Source: Spirochaetales bacterium (GTDB lineage Bacteria > Spirochaetota > Spirochaetia > SZUA-6 > RPPD01). Taken from it: 64,000 nucleotides of DNA. Below are positions 41,423 to 50,049 of the stretch, piece after piece. The stretch covers positions 4,224 to 68,223 of the forward strand of contig JAFGSW010000039.1 in NCBI GenBank assembly GCA_016934415.1, read 5' to 3'. The number at the start of each line of letters is the position of its first letter. Positions within the stretch are counted from its first letter, which is position 1. The translations under genes were made by a program, and so were the position numbers. Under the pieces are notes generated by a model. It was not told where the DNA came from and did no database searches. It was given only the letters and a program-made list of their open reading frames with translations.

Positions 41423-41771
41423 TATCTCTCCGATTGCGGCCGAACCCGAACCCGCGGCCGCGGCCGAATCCGCGTCCCCTTCCGCCGCGTCCCATTCCTC
41501 TCATGCCGCCGCCTCGTCCGCGCCGGTGCCGTAGGCCGTTTCCCCGTTCCAGAAGCTCGATCCGGACACCTGCGGCCTCGGCCAGGCGTAGGGAGAGGTT
41601 GTAGCCCAGGATCCGTATCTGGACGGGGTCGCCCAGCATGGCGCAGCGCACGAGCACGCCTTCCACTCCCCGGTTGAGTCCCATGTCCACCAGCCGTTTC
41701 CCGATGGCGTCGCCGATCGTCACCTTCACGATGCGGAACCTGTCTCCCACGCACAAATCGCTCAAAAACAT
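41409..41771 (-). CDS. feoA: FeoA with Arg/Gly-rich C-terminal extension
   Basis: RLVDMGL, LGDP, LSLR..EA; tail RGRGGGMRGMGRGGRGRGFGRGRGFG. Confidence 0.88.
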   Translation of the reverse strand: MFLSDLCVGDRFRIVKVTIGDAIGKRLVDMGLNRGVEGVLVRCAMLGDPVQIRILGYNLSLRLAEAAGVRIELLERGNGLRHRRGRGGGMRGMGRGGRGRGFGRGRGFGFGRNRRDNGIE

Positions 41772-41786
41772 CCGGGCCCTTCTTTT

Positions 41787-41802
41787 TATAGGTATACCTA
41801 TA
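41787..41802. promoter_or_regulatory. Perfect 16-bp palindrome, candidate DtxR-family operator
   Basis: TATAGGTATACCTATA between divergent feoA and the DtxR-family gene. Confidence 0.65.
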
Positions 41803-41873
41803 TTATATAGTCTCCTCTATAATTAATCAATCTCTTCATTGCCTTATCGTCCGTTTTTCTTTATAGTCGAACG

Positions 41874-42320
41874 ATGGGACTGAAGGACGCGGCTGATAAC
41901 CTCACCGAGAGTATGGAGGACTACCTGGAAGCCATCTTGTTGCTGGCGCACGATCATACGGTCGTCCGGGTCAAGGACCTGATGCATTTCCTCAATTATA
42001 GAGTCTCCTCGGTCAACAGCGCCGTCAAGAACCTGGCCGAGCGTGGACTGGTCGCCCATGAGAAATACGGGCATGTGGAGTTGACCCCGGCCGGCCGCAC
42101 CGTGGCGGAGAAGGTCTATTCCCGCCACGAGAACATATTCCGGTTTTTCCAACAGGTGCTCGGGGTGGAGAAGGATACGGCGCGCAACGACGCCTGCCGG
42201 ATCGAGCATTCCTTGAGCTCGGAAACCTACGCGCGTTTTCTCGGATTTATAAAATATATAGAAGGCACGCTCTCGGCGGAAGAGATCGCCAGAGGCATCA
42301 GCAAGTACCGGAAAAAATGA
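41874..42320 (+). CDS. DtxR/MntR family metal-dependent regulator
   Basis: SMEDYLEAI, SSV, YG.V.LT..G, RH, DACRIEH. Confidence 0.92.
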   Translation: MGLKDAADNLTESMEDYLEAILLLAHDHTVVRVKDLMHFLNYRVSSVNSAVKNLAERGLVAHEKYGHVELTPAGRTVAEKVYSRHENIFRFFQQVLGVEKDTARNDACRIEHSLSSETYARFLGFIKYIEGTLSAEEIARGISKYRKK

Positions 42321-42587
42321 CGAATAAAGCCCGGAAGAGGCGGCGGCGGATTCCTCCGGGAAAAAACCGGAGGCTGACGCCGCTCGCGCCGGGGGAATAA
42401 GGCATTTCATCTTCAGCTCGGTCGGCGCCGCCGATATCTTTCTCGCCTTCCAATGATTTGGAGAAGCCTCGGCTTTTATTTTCACCGGACTTTCTAAAAC
42501 CATTTATCATCGTGAACCGAAACCAATAAGATCTTCCCGCAGCCGCGTCTCGGCTTCGCTCGACGAACGCCTTTTCTTCTTTTCAGC

Positions 42588-42618
42588 GCGGGCGAGACGC
42601 CCGCCCTACCTAGCCGTG
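42588..42618 (-). repeat. GTAG-type REP
   Basis: Minus strand CACGGCTAG-GTAG-GGCGGGCGTCTCGCCCGC. Confidence 0.7.
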
Positions 42619-42734
42619 GTTCCCTCTCCCCCGGGAAGGGCACCCGCGCTTTACACTCCTCCCGCGAGATGCTACCATCCGCTAAACCGGTCACGGAACG
42701 GCGGGTTCCACTTCGATCGAATAAGGTTCGGATA

Positions 42735-44000
42735 ATGGCGCAAAACAACGGAAACCTCGTGCGGCGGAATATCTTTTTCCAATCCCTCGATTCGGGCATC
42801 TTCATGTCAGGGATCGTGTTTTTCAACCAGATGACCATCATGATCGTGTTCATCCAGCAGCTCTACGATTCCGCGCTCATCGTAAGTCTCGTGCCGGCGC
42901 TTTTCATGATCGGCTATAACATCCCGGGCCTGTTCACGACCGGATTCGCGGAGCGGTCGGCCTTCCGCAAGAAATTCATCGCCCTGGGCGGCTTCATCCA
43001 GCGGCTGTTCGTGCTCTGCATGGTCCTGTCGGTCTTCCTCCTCCCGTTCGTCGGGCCCCGCGCCACCGCCCTCATCGTCCTGTTCTTCTACCTCGGCTTC
43101 TCCTTCATGGGCGGCGTGTACAATCCCGCCTGGATCGACTTCTGCGCCAAGACCATTCCCGTCAATTACCGGGCGCGGACCAATGCCGCCCGCTCTCTGA
43201 TCGGCGGGCTGGGGGGCATTGCGGCGCCATTGCTCATCGATTACCTTCTCAATAATTTTTCCTTTCCCGGCAATTACCAGCTCACGATATTTTGCGGTTT
43301 CCTCCTTCTCTTTCTCTCCTTCTCGGCCTTTCTCATGATCAGGGAAACGGAGCCCTCGCCGCCGGTGGCCCATAAGAGTTTCGGCAAATTCCTGCGGTCG
43401 TTGGGAGAGGTCCTGAAAAAGGACCGCAACTTCGTGCGTTTTCTCCTTACGCAGATTCTCTTGAGCGTCTCCGAGTGCGGGGCGGCGTTTTACGCCTTTT
43501 TCGCGACGAAATACCTGTTCGTGCGCACCGCTTGGGTCGTGTGGTACACGCTTTGGTACAATGTCGGTTTCGGGCTCTCCGGGATCGCGCTCGGATTCAT
43601 CGGGGACAAGCTGGGGAACCTGAACGTCCTGCGGATCGGGGCGTTCGGCTGCTTCCTGGGCCTCCTGCTCGTGATCCTGTTCCCGAATCCGGCTACCATC
43701 AGCATCGTTTTTATCATTGTCGGGATCAATTACAATGCCCGTCTCAACAGCTTCCAGGTGTTCATCACCGAATTCGGGGACGACCAAAGCAGAATCCGCT
43801 ATTCGGCGCTCGCCACCTCCATCGGCGCTTCCGCCTTCGGCCTCATGCCCCTTGTGGGGGGCATCCTGCTCGACGTTTTCCACGTCGATTTTGTGGCGCT
43901 GTTTGTCGTCGGAGCGGTCTGCGCCCTGCTCGCGTTCGTCTCCTACCTGTTCTTCGTGAAGGATCCGCGGTCGTACAAGGCGCCGGTGCACAACGCCTGA
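42735..44000 (+). CDS. MFS transporter
   Basis: About 12 hydrophobic segments, G.IGDKLG motif. Confidence 0.85.
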   Translation: MAQNNGNLVRRNIFFQSLDSGIFMSGIVFFNQMTIMIVFIQQLYDSALIVSLVPALFMIGYNIPGLFTTGFAERSAFRKKFIALGGFIQRLFVLCMVLSVFLLPFVGPRATALIVLFFYLGFSFMGGVYNPAWIDFCAKTIPVNYRARTNAARSLIGGLGGIAAPLLIDYLLNNFSFPGNYQLTIFCGFLLLFLSFSAFLMIRETEPSPPVAHKSFGKFLRSLGEVLKKDRNFVRFLLTQILLSVSECGAAFYAFFATKYLFVRTAWVVWYTLWYNVGFGLSGIALGFIGDKLGNLNVLRIGAFGCFLGLLLVILFPNPATISIVFIIVGINYNARLNSFQVFITEFGDDQSRIRYSALATSIGASAFGLMPLVGGILLDVFHVDFVALFVVGAVCALLAFVSYLFFVKDPRSYKAPVHNA

Positions 44001-44107
44001 GGAAGAGAACCACCCTTCGGCTCGCGGAGAAAACGACTCCAACATAGACGCGGTTCGGTCCGCCGCCGGAAACTGCGTTGCGAGGTGCGCTCAGGGCAGG
44101 CTCCTGA

Positions 44108-44141
44108 CACGGCTGGGTAGTGCGGGCGTCCCGCCCGCACT
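44108..44141 (+). repeat. GTAG-type REP
   Basis: CACGGCTGG-GTAG-TGCGGGCGTCCCGCCCGCACT; inverted copy of 42588-42618 (28/31). Confidence 0.72.
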
Positions 44142-44152
44142 GAAGAGTGAAA

Positions 44153-44210
44153 AACCACGGATCAAACGCGGATGTACGCGGGTAATGAAGGAAGAGGAAA
44201 AGACAAAGAC
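44153..44210. repeat. Orphan left arm of the bipartite element family
   Basis: AACCACGGATCAAACGCGGATGTACGCGG followed by a purine tract. Confidence 0.65.
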
Positions 44211-44383
44211 TTGCGAACACCATTTCGATTACAATGATGTCGATGGAATAACGTACTGCCGATAGATCATCTCCGCAACTTTTTGTATATTCTCAACTAC
44301 ATACTTTCGTTACTCAGACGCCGGCGGGACATTGCCGGTGAACGGCTCTATGAAATACTTGTAGAGACGACGGATGTGAGGAT

Positions 44384-45784
44384 ATGGGAAAGACATTGTT
44401 GACCAAGGTGTGGGACATGCATAAAGTGGCGACCCTGCCCACGGGCGAGGACCAGCTCTTCATCGGACTGCACCTCGTGCACGAGGTGACCTCGCCGCAG
44501 GCCTTCCAGATGGCGCGGGCCAGGGGGCTGCCGGTGCTCTTCCCGGAGCGCTCCTTCGCCACGGTCGACCACATCGTGCCGACCCTCGTCCAGGAGCGGC
44601 CTTTCGGCGATCCCCAGGCCGAGGCGATGATCGCCGAGCTTGAAAAGAACGTCCGGGCCAACGGCATCCGCTACTTCGGCCCGGCGAGCGGCCGCCAGGG
44701 GATCGTCCACGTCATCGGGCCGGAGCTCGGTCTCACCCAGCCGGGGATGACGATCGCCTGCGGCGATTCGCACACCTCCACCCACGGCGCGCTCGGCGCG
44801 CTGGCGCTGGGAATCGGCACCTCGCAGATCCGCGACCTGTTGGCGACCCAGACCCTGGCCCTCCGCAAGCCCAAGCTCCGGCTCATCAAGGTCGAGGGCG
44901 ACCTGCCGCGGGGCGTGTTCGCCAAGGACGTCATCCTGCGGGTCATCGCCGACCTGGGCGCCCGGGGCGGCATCGGGTACGCCTACGAGTACGGCGGCGG
45001 CACGGTTGCCGGGCTCTCCATGGAGGAGCGGCTCACCATCTGCAATATGAGCATCGAGGGCGGCGCCCGCCTGGGCTACTGCAACCCGGACACGACCACC
45101 TTCGATTATATCGCGGGCCGCGAGCTCGCCCCCGCGGGCGGGGAGTTCGAGCGGGCGGTGCGCTTCTGGGAAGGCGTCGCCTCCGATCCGGACGCGACCT
45201 ACGACGACGTGTACCCGCTCGACGCCGCGACGCTCGAGCCGATGGTGACCTGGGGCATCAACCCCGGGCAGGGCGTCGGCGTCTCCGGGCGCATTCCGCG
45301 GCGCTCCGATCTTCCGCCCGAGCGGCGGGACGCGGCCGCGCAGGCGCTCATCCACATGAAGTTCGCCGAAGGAGAACCGGTCAAGGGACGGAAGATCGAC
45401 GTCGCCTTCCTGGGCTCCTGCACCAACGGCCGTTTGAGCGACCTCAAGGCGGCGGCGGCCGTGCTCAAGGGAAAAAAGATCGCGCCGCATGTCCGGGCCC
45501 TGGCCGTGCCGGGATCGCAGGCCGTCCGCCGCCAGGCCGAGGAGCTCGGCCTGGACGCCGTGTTCCGGGACGCGGGGTTCGAGTGGCGTCACGCGGGCTG
45601 CTCGATGTGCCTGGCGATGAATCCCGACCGCCTGGTGGGAGACCAGATCTGCGCGAGCTCGTCCAACCGGAACTTCATCGGCCGGCAGGGATCGGCCAAG
45701 GGCCGGACCATTCTCATGAGCCCGGCCATGGTGGCGGCCGCCGCCCTGGCCGGTGAGGTCATCGACGTCCGGGATGTCATGTAG
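44384..45784 (+). CDS. leuC: 3-isopropylmalate dehydratase large subunit
   Basis: [47 protein letters not shown]. Confidence 0.96.
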   Translation: MGKTLLTKVWDMHKVATLPTGEDQLFIGLHLVHEVTSPQAFQMARARGLPVLFPERSFATVDHIVPTLVQERPFGDPQAEAMIAELEKNVRANGIRYFGPASGRQGIVHVIGPELGLTQPGMTIACGDSHTSTHGALGALALGIGTSQIRDLLATQTLALRKPKLRLIKVEGDLPRGVFAKDVILRVIADLGARGGIGYAYEYGGGTVAGLSMEERLTICNMSIEGGARLGYCNPDTTTFDYIAGRELAPAGGEFERAVRFWEGVASDPDATYDDVYPLDAATLEPMVTWGINPGQGVGVSGRIPRRSDLPPERRDAAAQALIHMKFAEGEPVKGRKIDVAFLGSCTNGRLSDLKAAAAVLKGKKIAPHVRALAVPGSQAVRRQAEELGLDAVFRDAGFEWRHAGCSMCLAMNPDRLVGDQICASSSNRNFIGRQGSAKGRTILMSPAMVAAAALAGEVIDVRDVM

Positions 45785-45804
45785 CTACGAAGAAGAATAA
45801 GTCG

Positions 45805-45943
45805 ATAAGGAAACCAGGAAACCAGGAAAAAAGGCAAGCAGGAAGGGAGAAAGGGAGAGAGAGGAAGAAAAAAATGAAAATAAAAATGCCTTTTTCTGTT
45901 TTTCTTTGTCTTTTTTCTTTTCCTGGTTTCCTGGCTTCCTTAT
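45805..45943. repeat. Inverted-repeat element, 8-bp period (GGAAACCA) type
   Basis: ATAAGGAAACCAGGAAACCAGGAAAA ... TTTTCCTGGTTTCCTGGCTTCCTTAT. Confidence 0.8.
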
Positions 45944-45980
45944 TGTTTTTTCTTCTATAAAGTGAAGCGGAGGAATAACG

Positions 45981-46595
45981 ATGGCGAAAGGGAAAACAAT
46001 CGTAAAGGCAATCAAGGGCCGGGCCATTCCCCTGCCGGGAGACGAGATCGACACGGACCGGATCATCCCCGCGCGCTTTTTAAAGGCGATCACGTTCGAG
46101 GGGATCGGACGGTACGCGTTCTTCGACGAGCGGTTCGACGAGGGGGGAGGCGAGAAGCCGCACCCGCTCAATGACGCGCGCTACCGGGGCGGAAGCATCC
46201 TCTTTGTAAACAAGAACTTCGGCTGCGGCTCTTCGCGCGAGCACGCCCCGCAGGCGCTCCTTGATTGGGGCGTTCGCGCGCTCGCCGGCGAATCCTTCGC
46301 CGAGATCTTCGCGGGCAACTGCACGGCGCTGGGGATGCCGGCGGTGCGTCTTTCGCGCGAGGCGATCGCGACGCTCATGGAAGCGGCCGGGGCGCGTCCG
46401 GAGACCGAGTTCGCGATCGACCTCGAGACGATGACAATCCGCTTCCCGAACGGCGAGCTTCCGTTCGAGCTCCCCGAGTCGAGCCGGCAGGCCTTTCTCC
46501 TGGGGACCTGGGACTCGACCGAGGGACTCCTCTCCCACGTGGAAGAGATCCGGGCCAGGGCCCGCGCGCTGCCGTACCTGAATGGCTTCCGGTGA
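45981..46595 (+). CDS. leuD: 3-isopropylmalate dehydratase small subunit
   Basis: IDTDRIIPARFL, NFGCGSSREHAP, SFAEIF.GN. Confidence 0.96.
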   Translation: MAKGKTIVKAIKGRAIPLPGDEIDTDRIIPARFLKAITFEGIGRYAFFDERFDEGGGEKPHPLNDARYRGGSILFVNKNFGCGSSREHAPQALLDWGVRALAGESFAEIFAGNCTALGMPAVRLSREAIATLMEAAGARPETEFAIDLETMTIRFPNGELPFELPESSRQAFLLGTWDSTEGLLSHVEEIRARARALPYLNGFR

Positions 46596-46660
46596 AGGGG
46601 AGGAGAACCACGGATTGGCGCGGATAAGACGGATGGCACGGATGGGAGAAGAGGCGGAAT
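46596..46660. repeat. Left arm of bipartite element (partner at 48489-48508)
   Basis: AGGGGAGGAGAACCACGGATTGGCGCGGATAAGACGGATGGCACGGATGGG. Confidence 0.8.
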
Positions 46661-46804
46661 AAATAGAATGGGTTATTTTTTCCGGAAAGATCTTCATTTC
46701 CTTCCTGTGCTTCGTTCCTCTTCGTGTCCTCTTCCTAAACGGTTTGGGAAAATACCGTGTTGGCTTAAGTATGTTTGAAAAAAAACGAGAAACGGGAGGC
46801 AATC

Positions 46805-48481
46805 ATGGCGGAACAGCTGAACCGGCGCAGCCGGGAAATGACGGAAGGCTTGTCCAGGACCGCAAACCGCGCCATGCTCCGCGCGGTCGGGTTCAAAGAC
46901 AAGGATTTCACCAAGCCGATCATCGGCCTGGCCAGCGCGGGGAGCGAAGTCTCGCCCTGCAATTACCATCTCAACGAGCTGGCCGAGTGGGCCAAGGAGC
47001 CGCTTCGCAAGCGGGGCGGCGTGCCGCTCCAGTTCAACACCTTCGTGGTGACGGACGGTGAGGCGATGGGCCACGAGGGGATGAAGTGCTCGCTTCCGAG
47101 CCGCGACACGATCGCGGACGTGATCGAGCTGGTGGCGCGCGGCCACAAAATGGACGCCCTCTTCGGCCTGGGCGGCTGCGATAAGACCATCCCCGGCACG
47201 GTGATGGCCATGGCCCGCCTCAACCTGCCCTCGATTTTCCTCTACGGCGGCACGATCCTGCCCGGGAAATACCGGGGCCGGGACGTGGACATCGTCAGCG
47301 CCTTCGAGGCCGTCGGCGCCGCCGGACGCGGGATCATGAGCGAGGAGGAGCGGCACGGCATCGAGTGCGCCGCCTGCCCGGGCCCCGGCGCCTGCGGCGG
47401 GATGTACACCGCCAACACCATGGCTTCCGCGATGGTCGCCATCGGCATGGCGCCGCCGGGAAACGCCTCCCTCCCCGCGGTGGACAGGGCAAAGCGCGCC
47501 GAAATGGGGCGGGCCGCCGGTTTTCTCACCGGGCTCATCATAAAGAACATCAGTCCGCGGGACATCATGACCCGCCGGGCCTTCGAGAACGCGATCCGGA
47601 CGGTGATGGCGCTCGGCGGCTCCACCAATGCCGTCCTCCACCTCCTCGCCCTGGCCAGGGAGGCGGAGGCGCCGCTCACGGTGGACGATTTCAATCCCTT
47701 CGCCGAAACCACGCCCATCCTCTGCGACATGAAACCGGCCGGGCGCTACGTCATGAACGACCTGCACCGGGTCGGCGGGGTGGAGGCGGTGATGAAGATG
47801 CTCCTCGACCGGGGACTCCTCCACGGCGACTGCCTGACGGTCACGGGCCGGACGCTCGCGGAGAACCTGGCCGGCGTGCGCGTGTCCCTGGAGGGGCAGG
47901 ACGTCATCCATCCGTTCGAGCGTCCGGTGAGGGCGGCGGGACCCATCTTCATCCTCAGGGGCAACCTGGCGGAGGAGGGCGCCGTCTTGAAGACCTGCGG
48001 CATTGAGAAAGCGGAGCATTCAGGCCCGGCCCGGGTGTTCGAGCGGGAGGAGGAGGCGCTGGCGGCGATCCTGGACGGGAAGATCCGCAAGGGCGACACC
48101 ATCGTTATCCGCTACGAGGGGCCCAAGGGCGGGCCGGGGATGCGCGAGATGCTCGCCCCCACCGCGGCGATAGCGGGCGCGGGGCTCCTCAATGACGTCG
48201 CCCTGATCACCGACGGCCGCTTCTCCGGAGGAAGCCACGGCATTCTCGTGGGGCACATCGCGCCCGAGGCGCAGGTCGGAGGGCTCATCGCCTTCCTCAA
48301 GGACGGCGATATGATCACCATCAGCGCCTCCCGCAAGCTCCTCCAGGCCGACGTGAGCGACGAGGAAATCGCCCGGCGCAAGGCCGGCTGGAAGCCCCGG
48401 GAGATCGCCTACACCCACGGCGCGCTCTACAAGTACGCGAAATTGGTGTCCTCGGCGAGCCGCGGCGCGGTCACCAGTTGA
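46805..48481 (+). CDS. ilvD: Dihydroxy-acid dehydratase
   Basis: [49 protein letters not shown]. Confidence 0.96.
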   Translation: MAEQLNRRSREMTEGLSRTANRAMLRAVGFKDKDFTKPIIGLASAGSEVSPCNYHLNELAEWAKEPLRKRGGVPLQFNTFVVTDGEAMGHEGMKCSLPSRDTIADVIELVARGHKMDALFGLGGCDKTIPGTVMAMARLNLPSIFLYGGTILPGKYRGRDVDIVSAFEAVGAAGRGIMSEEERHGIECAACPGPGACGGMYTANTMASAMVAIGMAPPGNASLPAVDRAKRAEMGRAAGFLTGLIIKNISPRDIMTRRAFENAIRTVMALGGSTNAVLHLLALAREAEAPLTVDDFNPFAETTPILCDMKPAGRYVMNDLHRVGGVEAVMKMLLDRGLLHGDCLTVTGRTLAENLAGVRVSLEGQDVIHPFERPVRAAGPIFILRGNLAEEGAVLKTCGIEKAEHSGPARVFEREEEALAAILDGKIRKGDTIVIRYEGPKGGPGMREMLAPTAAIAGAGLLNDVALITDGRFSGGSHGILVGHIAPEAQVGGLIAFLKDGDMITISASRKLLQADVSDEEIARRKAGWKPREIAYTHGALYKYAKLVSSASRGAVTS

Positions 48482-48488
48482 ACGCGGG

Positions 48489-48508
48489 ATCCGTGGTTCT
48501 CCTCCCCT
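48489..48508. repeat. Right terminus, perfect 20-bp inverted copy of 46596-46615
   Basis: ATCCGTGGTTCTCCTCCCCT. Confidence 0.8.
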
Positions 48509-48585
48509 CTTTTTCACGCAGACCCCGGAAAACCCATGGCACATATCCCCGACTTTATGTATATTGACTGACAGAGGGTAGGATT

Positions 48586-49821
48586 ATGAAAATCTACAGC
48601 CTGAAACACCTGTTGGTCGCGGCCGGCGGGACCTTGGCGGCATTTATTCTCATAGGGGCGCTCCTGGGGTTCGTCACCTGGCCGTTCGACGGCGCGGTCC
48701 GGGCGGCGCCGGCTGTGCCGGCGGAAAACGTCGCGGCCGGCCCGGACCGGACGGTGGACGATTCGCCGTCGCCCTATTTCGAGCAGAACCTCGCGCCCGC
48801 GCCGTCTCAAGCCATGTCGCAGGACGAGAAGGAAAACGTCGACATCTACCGCCGGCTCAACGAGGCGGTCGTCAACATCACCTCGACAAGCTACGGGTAC
48901 AACTGGTTCATGGAACCGGTGCCGCAGCAGGGCACCGGCTCCGGCTCGATCATCAACCGGGAGGGCCACATCCTCACCAACTTCCACGTGGTGGCCAACG
49001 CCGAAAAGCTTACCGTCACGCTTTTCGACGGCAGCGAGCGGGAAGGCACGATGGTGGGCGTGGACCCGGAGAACGACCTGGCCGTCATCAAGATCGATCC
49101 CAAGGGCGCACAGCTCGTTACCGTTCCCTTCGGCTCCTCGAGCGAGCTCCTCGTCGGAAACAAGGTGCTCGCCATCGGCAACCCCTTCGGGCTGGAGCGC
49201 ACCCTCACCACCGGCATCGTCTCCGGCCTGGGCCGGCCCCTCCGCATCAACCAGAACTACGTCATCCGCGAGATGATCCAGACCGACGCCGCCATCAACC
49301 CCGGCAACTCGGGCGGGCCGCTCCTTAACACGCGCGGCGAGCTCGTCGGCATCAACACCATGATCTACTCGCCGTCGGGGGGGTCCGTCGGGATCGGGTT
49401 CGCGGTGCCCATCGACATCGCCAAGCGGGTCGTACCGGAGCTCATACGAGCGGGCATGGTGGATCGCGGGTGGATCGACGTGACGCCGGTGCAGCTCTTC
49501 CCGGCCCTCGTCGAATACGCCAAGCTGCAGGTCACCCAGGGGCTCCTCGTGTCGGAGACGGCGCCGGGCGGACTGGCCGAACGGGCGGGGATCAAGGGCG
49601 GCGCCCGGTCGCGGGGGGTCCGCTACCGCGGGAACATGATCTACCTCGGGGGGGACGTCATCACCGAGGTCGACGGCGTGGCCATCTCGGGCATCCAGGA
49701 CCTCTACGCGGCCCTGGAAAACTCGAAGCCCGGCAAGGTCGTGCCCGTCAAGGTGAACCGCAACGGCCGGATCGTGGAGCTCAAGGTCCAGCTGGCCCGT
49801 CGCCCCCATGCGAACAACTGA
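48586..49821 (+). CDS. HtrA/DegP-like trypsin protease with PDZ domain
   Basis: GTGSG, TNFHVV, DLAV, IQTDAAINPGNSGGPL, GDVI. Confidence 0.92.
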   Translation: MKIYSLKHLLVAAGGTLAAFILIGALLGFVTWPFDGAVRAAPAVPAENVAAGPDRTVDDSPSPYFEQNLAPAPSQAMSQDEKENVDIYRRLNEAVVNITSTSYGYNWFMEPVPQQGTGSGSIINREGHILTNFHVVANAEKLTVTLFDGSEREGTMVGVDPENDLAVIKIDPKGAQLVTVPFGSSSELLVGNKVLAIGNPFGLERTLTTGIVSGLGRPLRINQNYVIREMIQTDAAINPGNSGGPLLNTRGELVGINTMIYSPSGGSVGIGFAVPIDIAKRVVPELIRAGMVDRGWIDVTPVQLFPALVEYAKLQVTQGLLVSETAPGGLAERAGIKGGARSRGVRYRGNMIYLGGDVITEVDGVAISGIQDLYAALENSKPGKVVPVKVNRNGRIVELKVQLARRPHANN

Positions 49822-49835
49822 TCCGCGCCGAGAGC

Positions 49836-50029
49836 TGAGGAAGAGAAAATAACTACGGATGGGACGCGGATAGGACGCGGATAAAGAGAATAGAGAAAGA
49901 GCAAAGAGCAAAGAGAATAAATTGTTCTATATTTCTTTTTCTTTCTTGCCTTTATTCTTCATCCGCGTCCTCACGCTGGAAGCTGCGCTGCGCGATCCCG
50001 CGTTCATCCGTAGTTCCATATCTTCCTCA
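49836..50029. repeat. Bipartite inverted-repeat element, empty type
   Basis: TGAGGAAGA..AACTACGGATGGGACGCGGATAGGACGCGGAT ... ATCCGCGTCC...CGCGTTCATCCGTAGTT..TCTTCCTCA. Confidence 0.8.
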
Positions 50030-50049
50030 TCCGCGCGAAGGAGGACGAC

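Noticed and set aside
42298..42510. 70-aa ORF after the DtxR-family gene
   Set aside because: No recognisable motif or RBS; it overlaps the regulator 3' end.
44010..44104. Fragments CCCTTCGGCTCGC / GCGCTCAGGGCAGGC resembling another palindromic repeat family
   Set aside because: Single degenerate occurrence; cannot be supported from this window.
44220..44383. Leucine attenuator or T-box before leuC, and a GTAGAGACG REP-like 9-mer at 44361
   Set aside because: No Leu-rich leader peptide, T-box motif or terminator; the 9-mer lacks its complementary arm.
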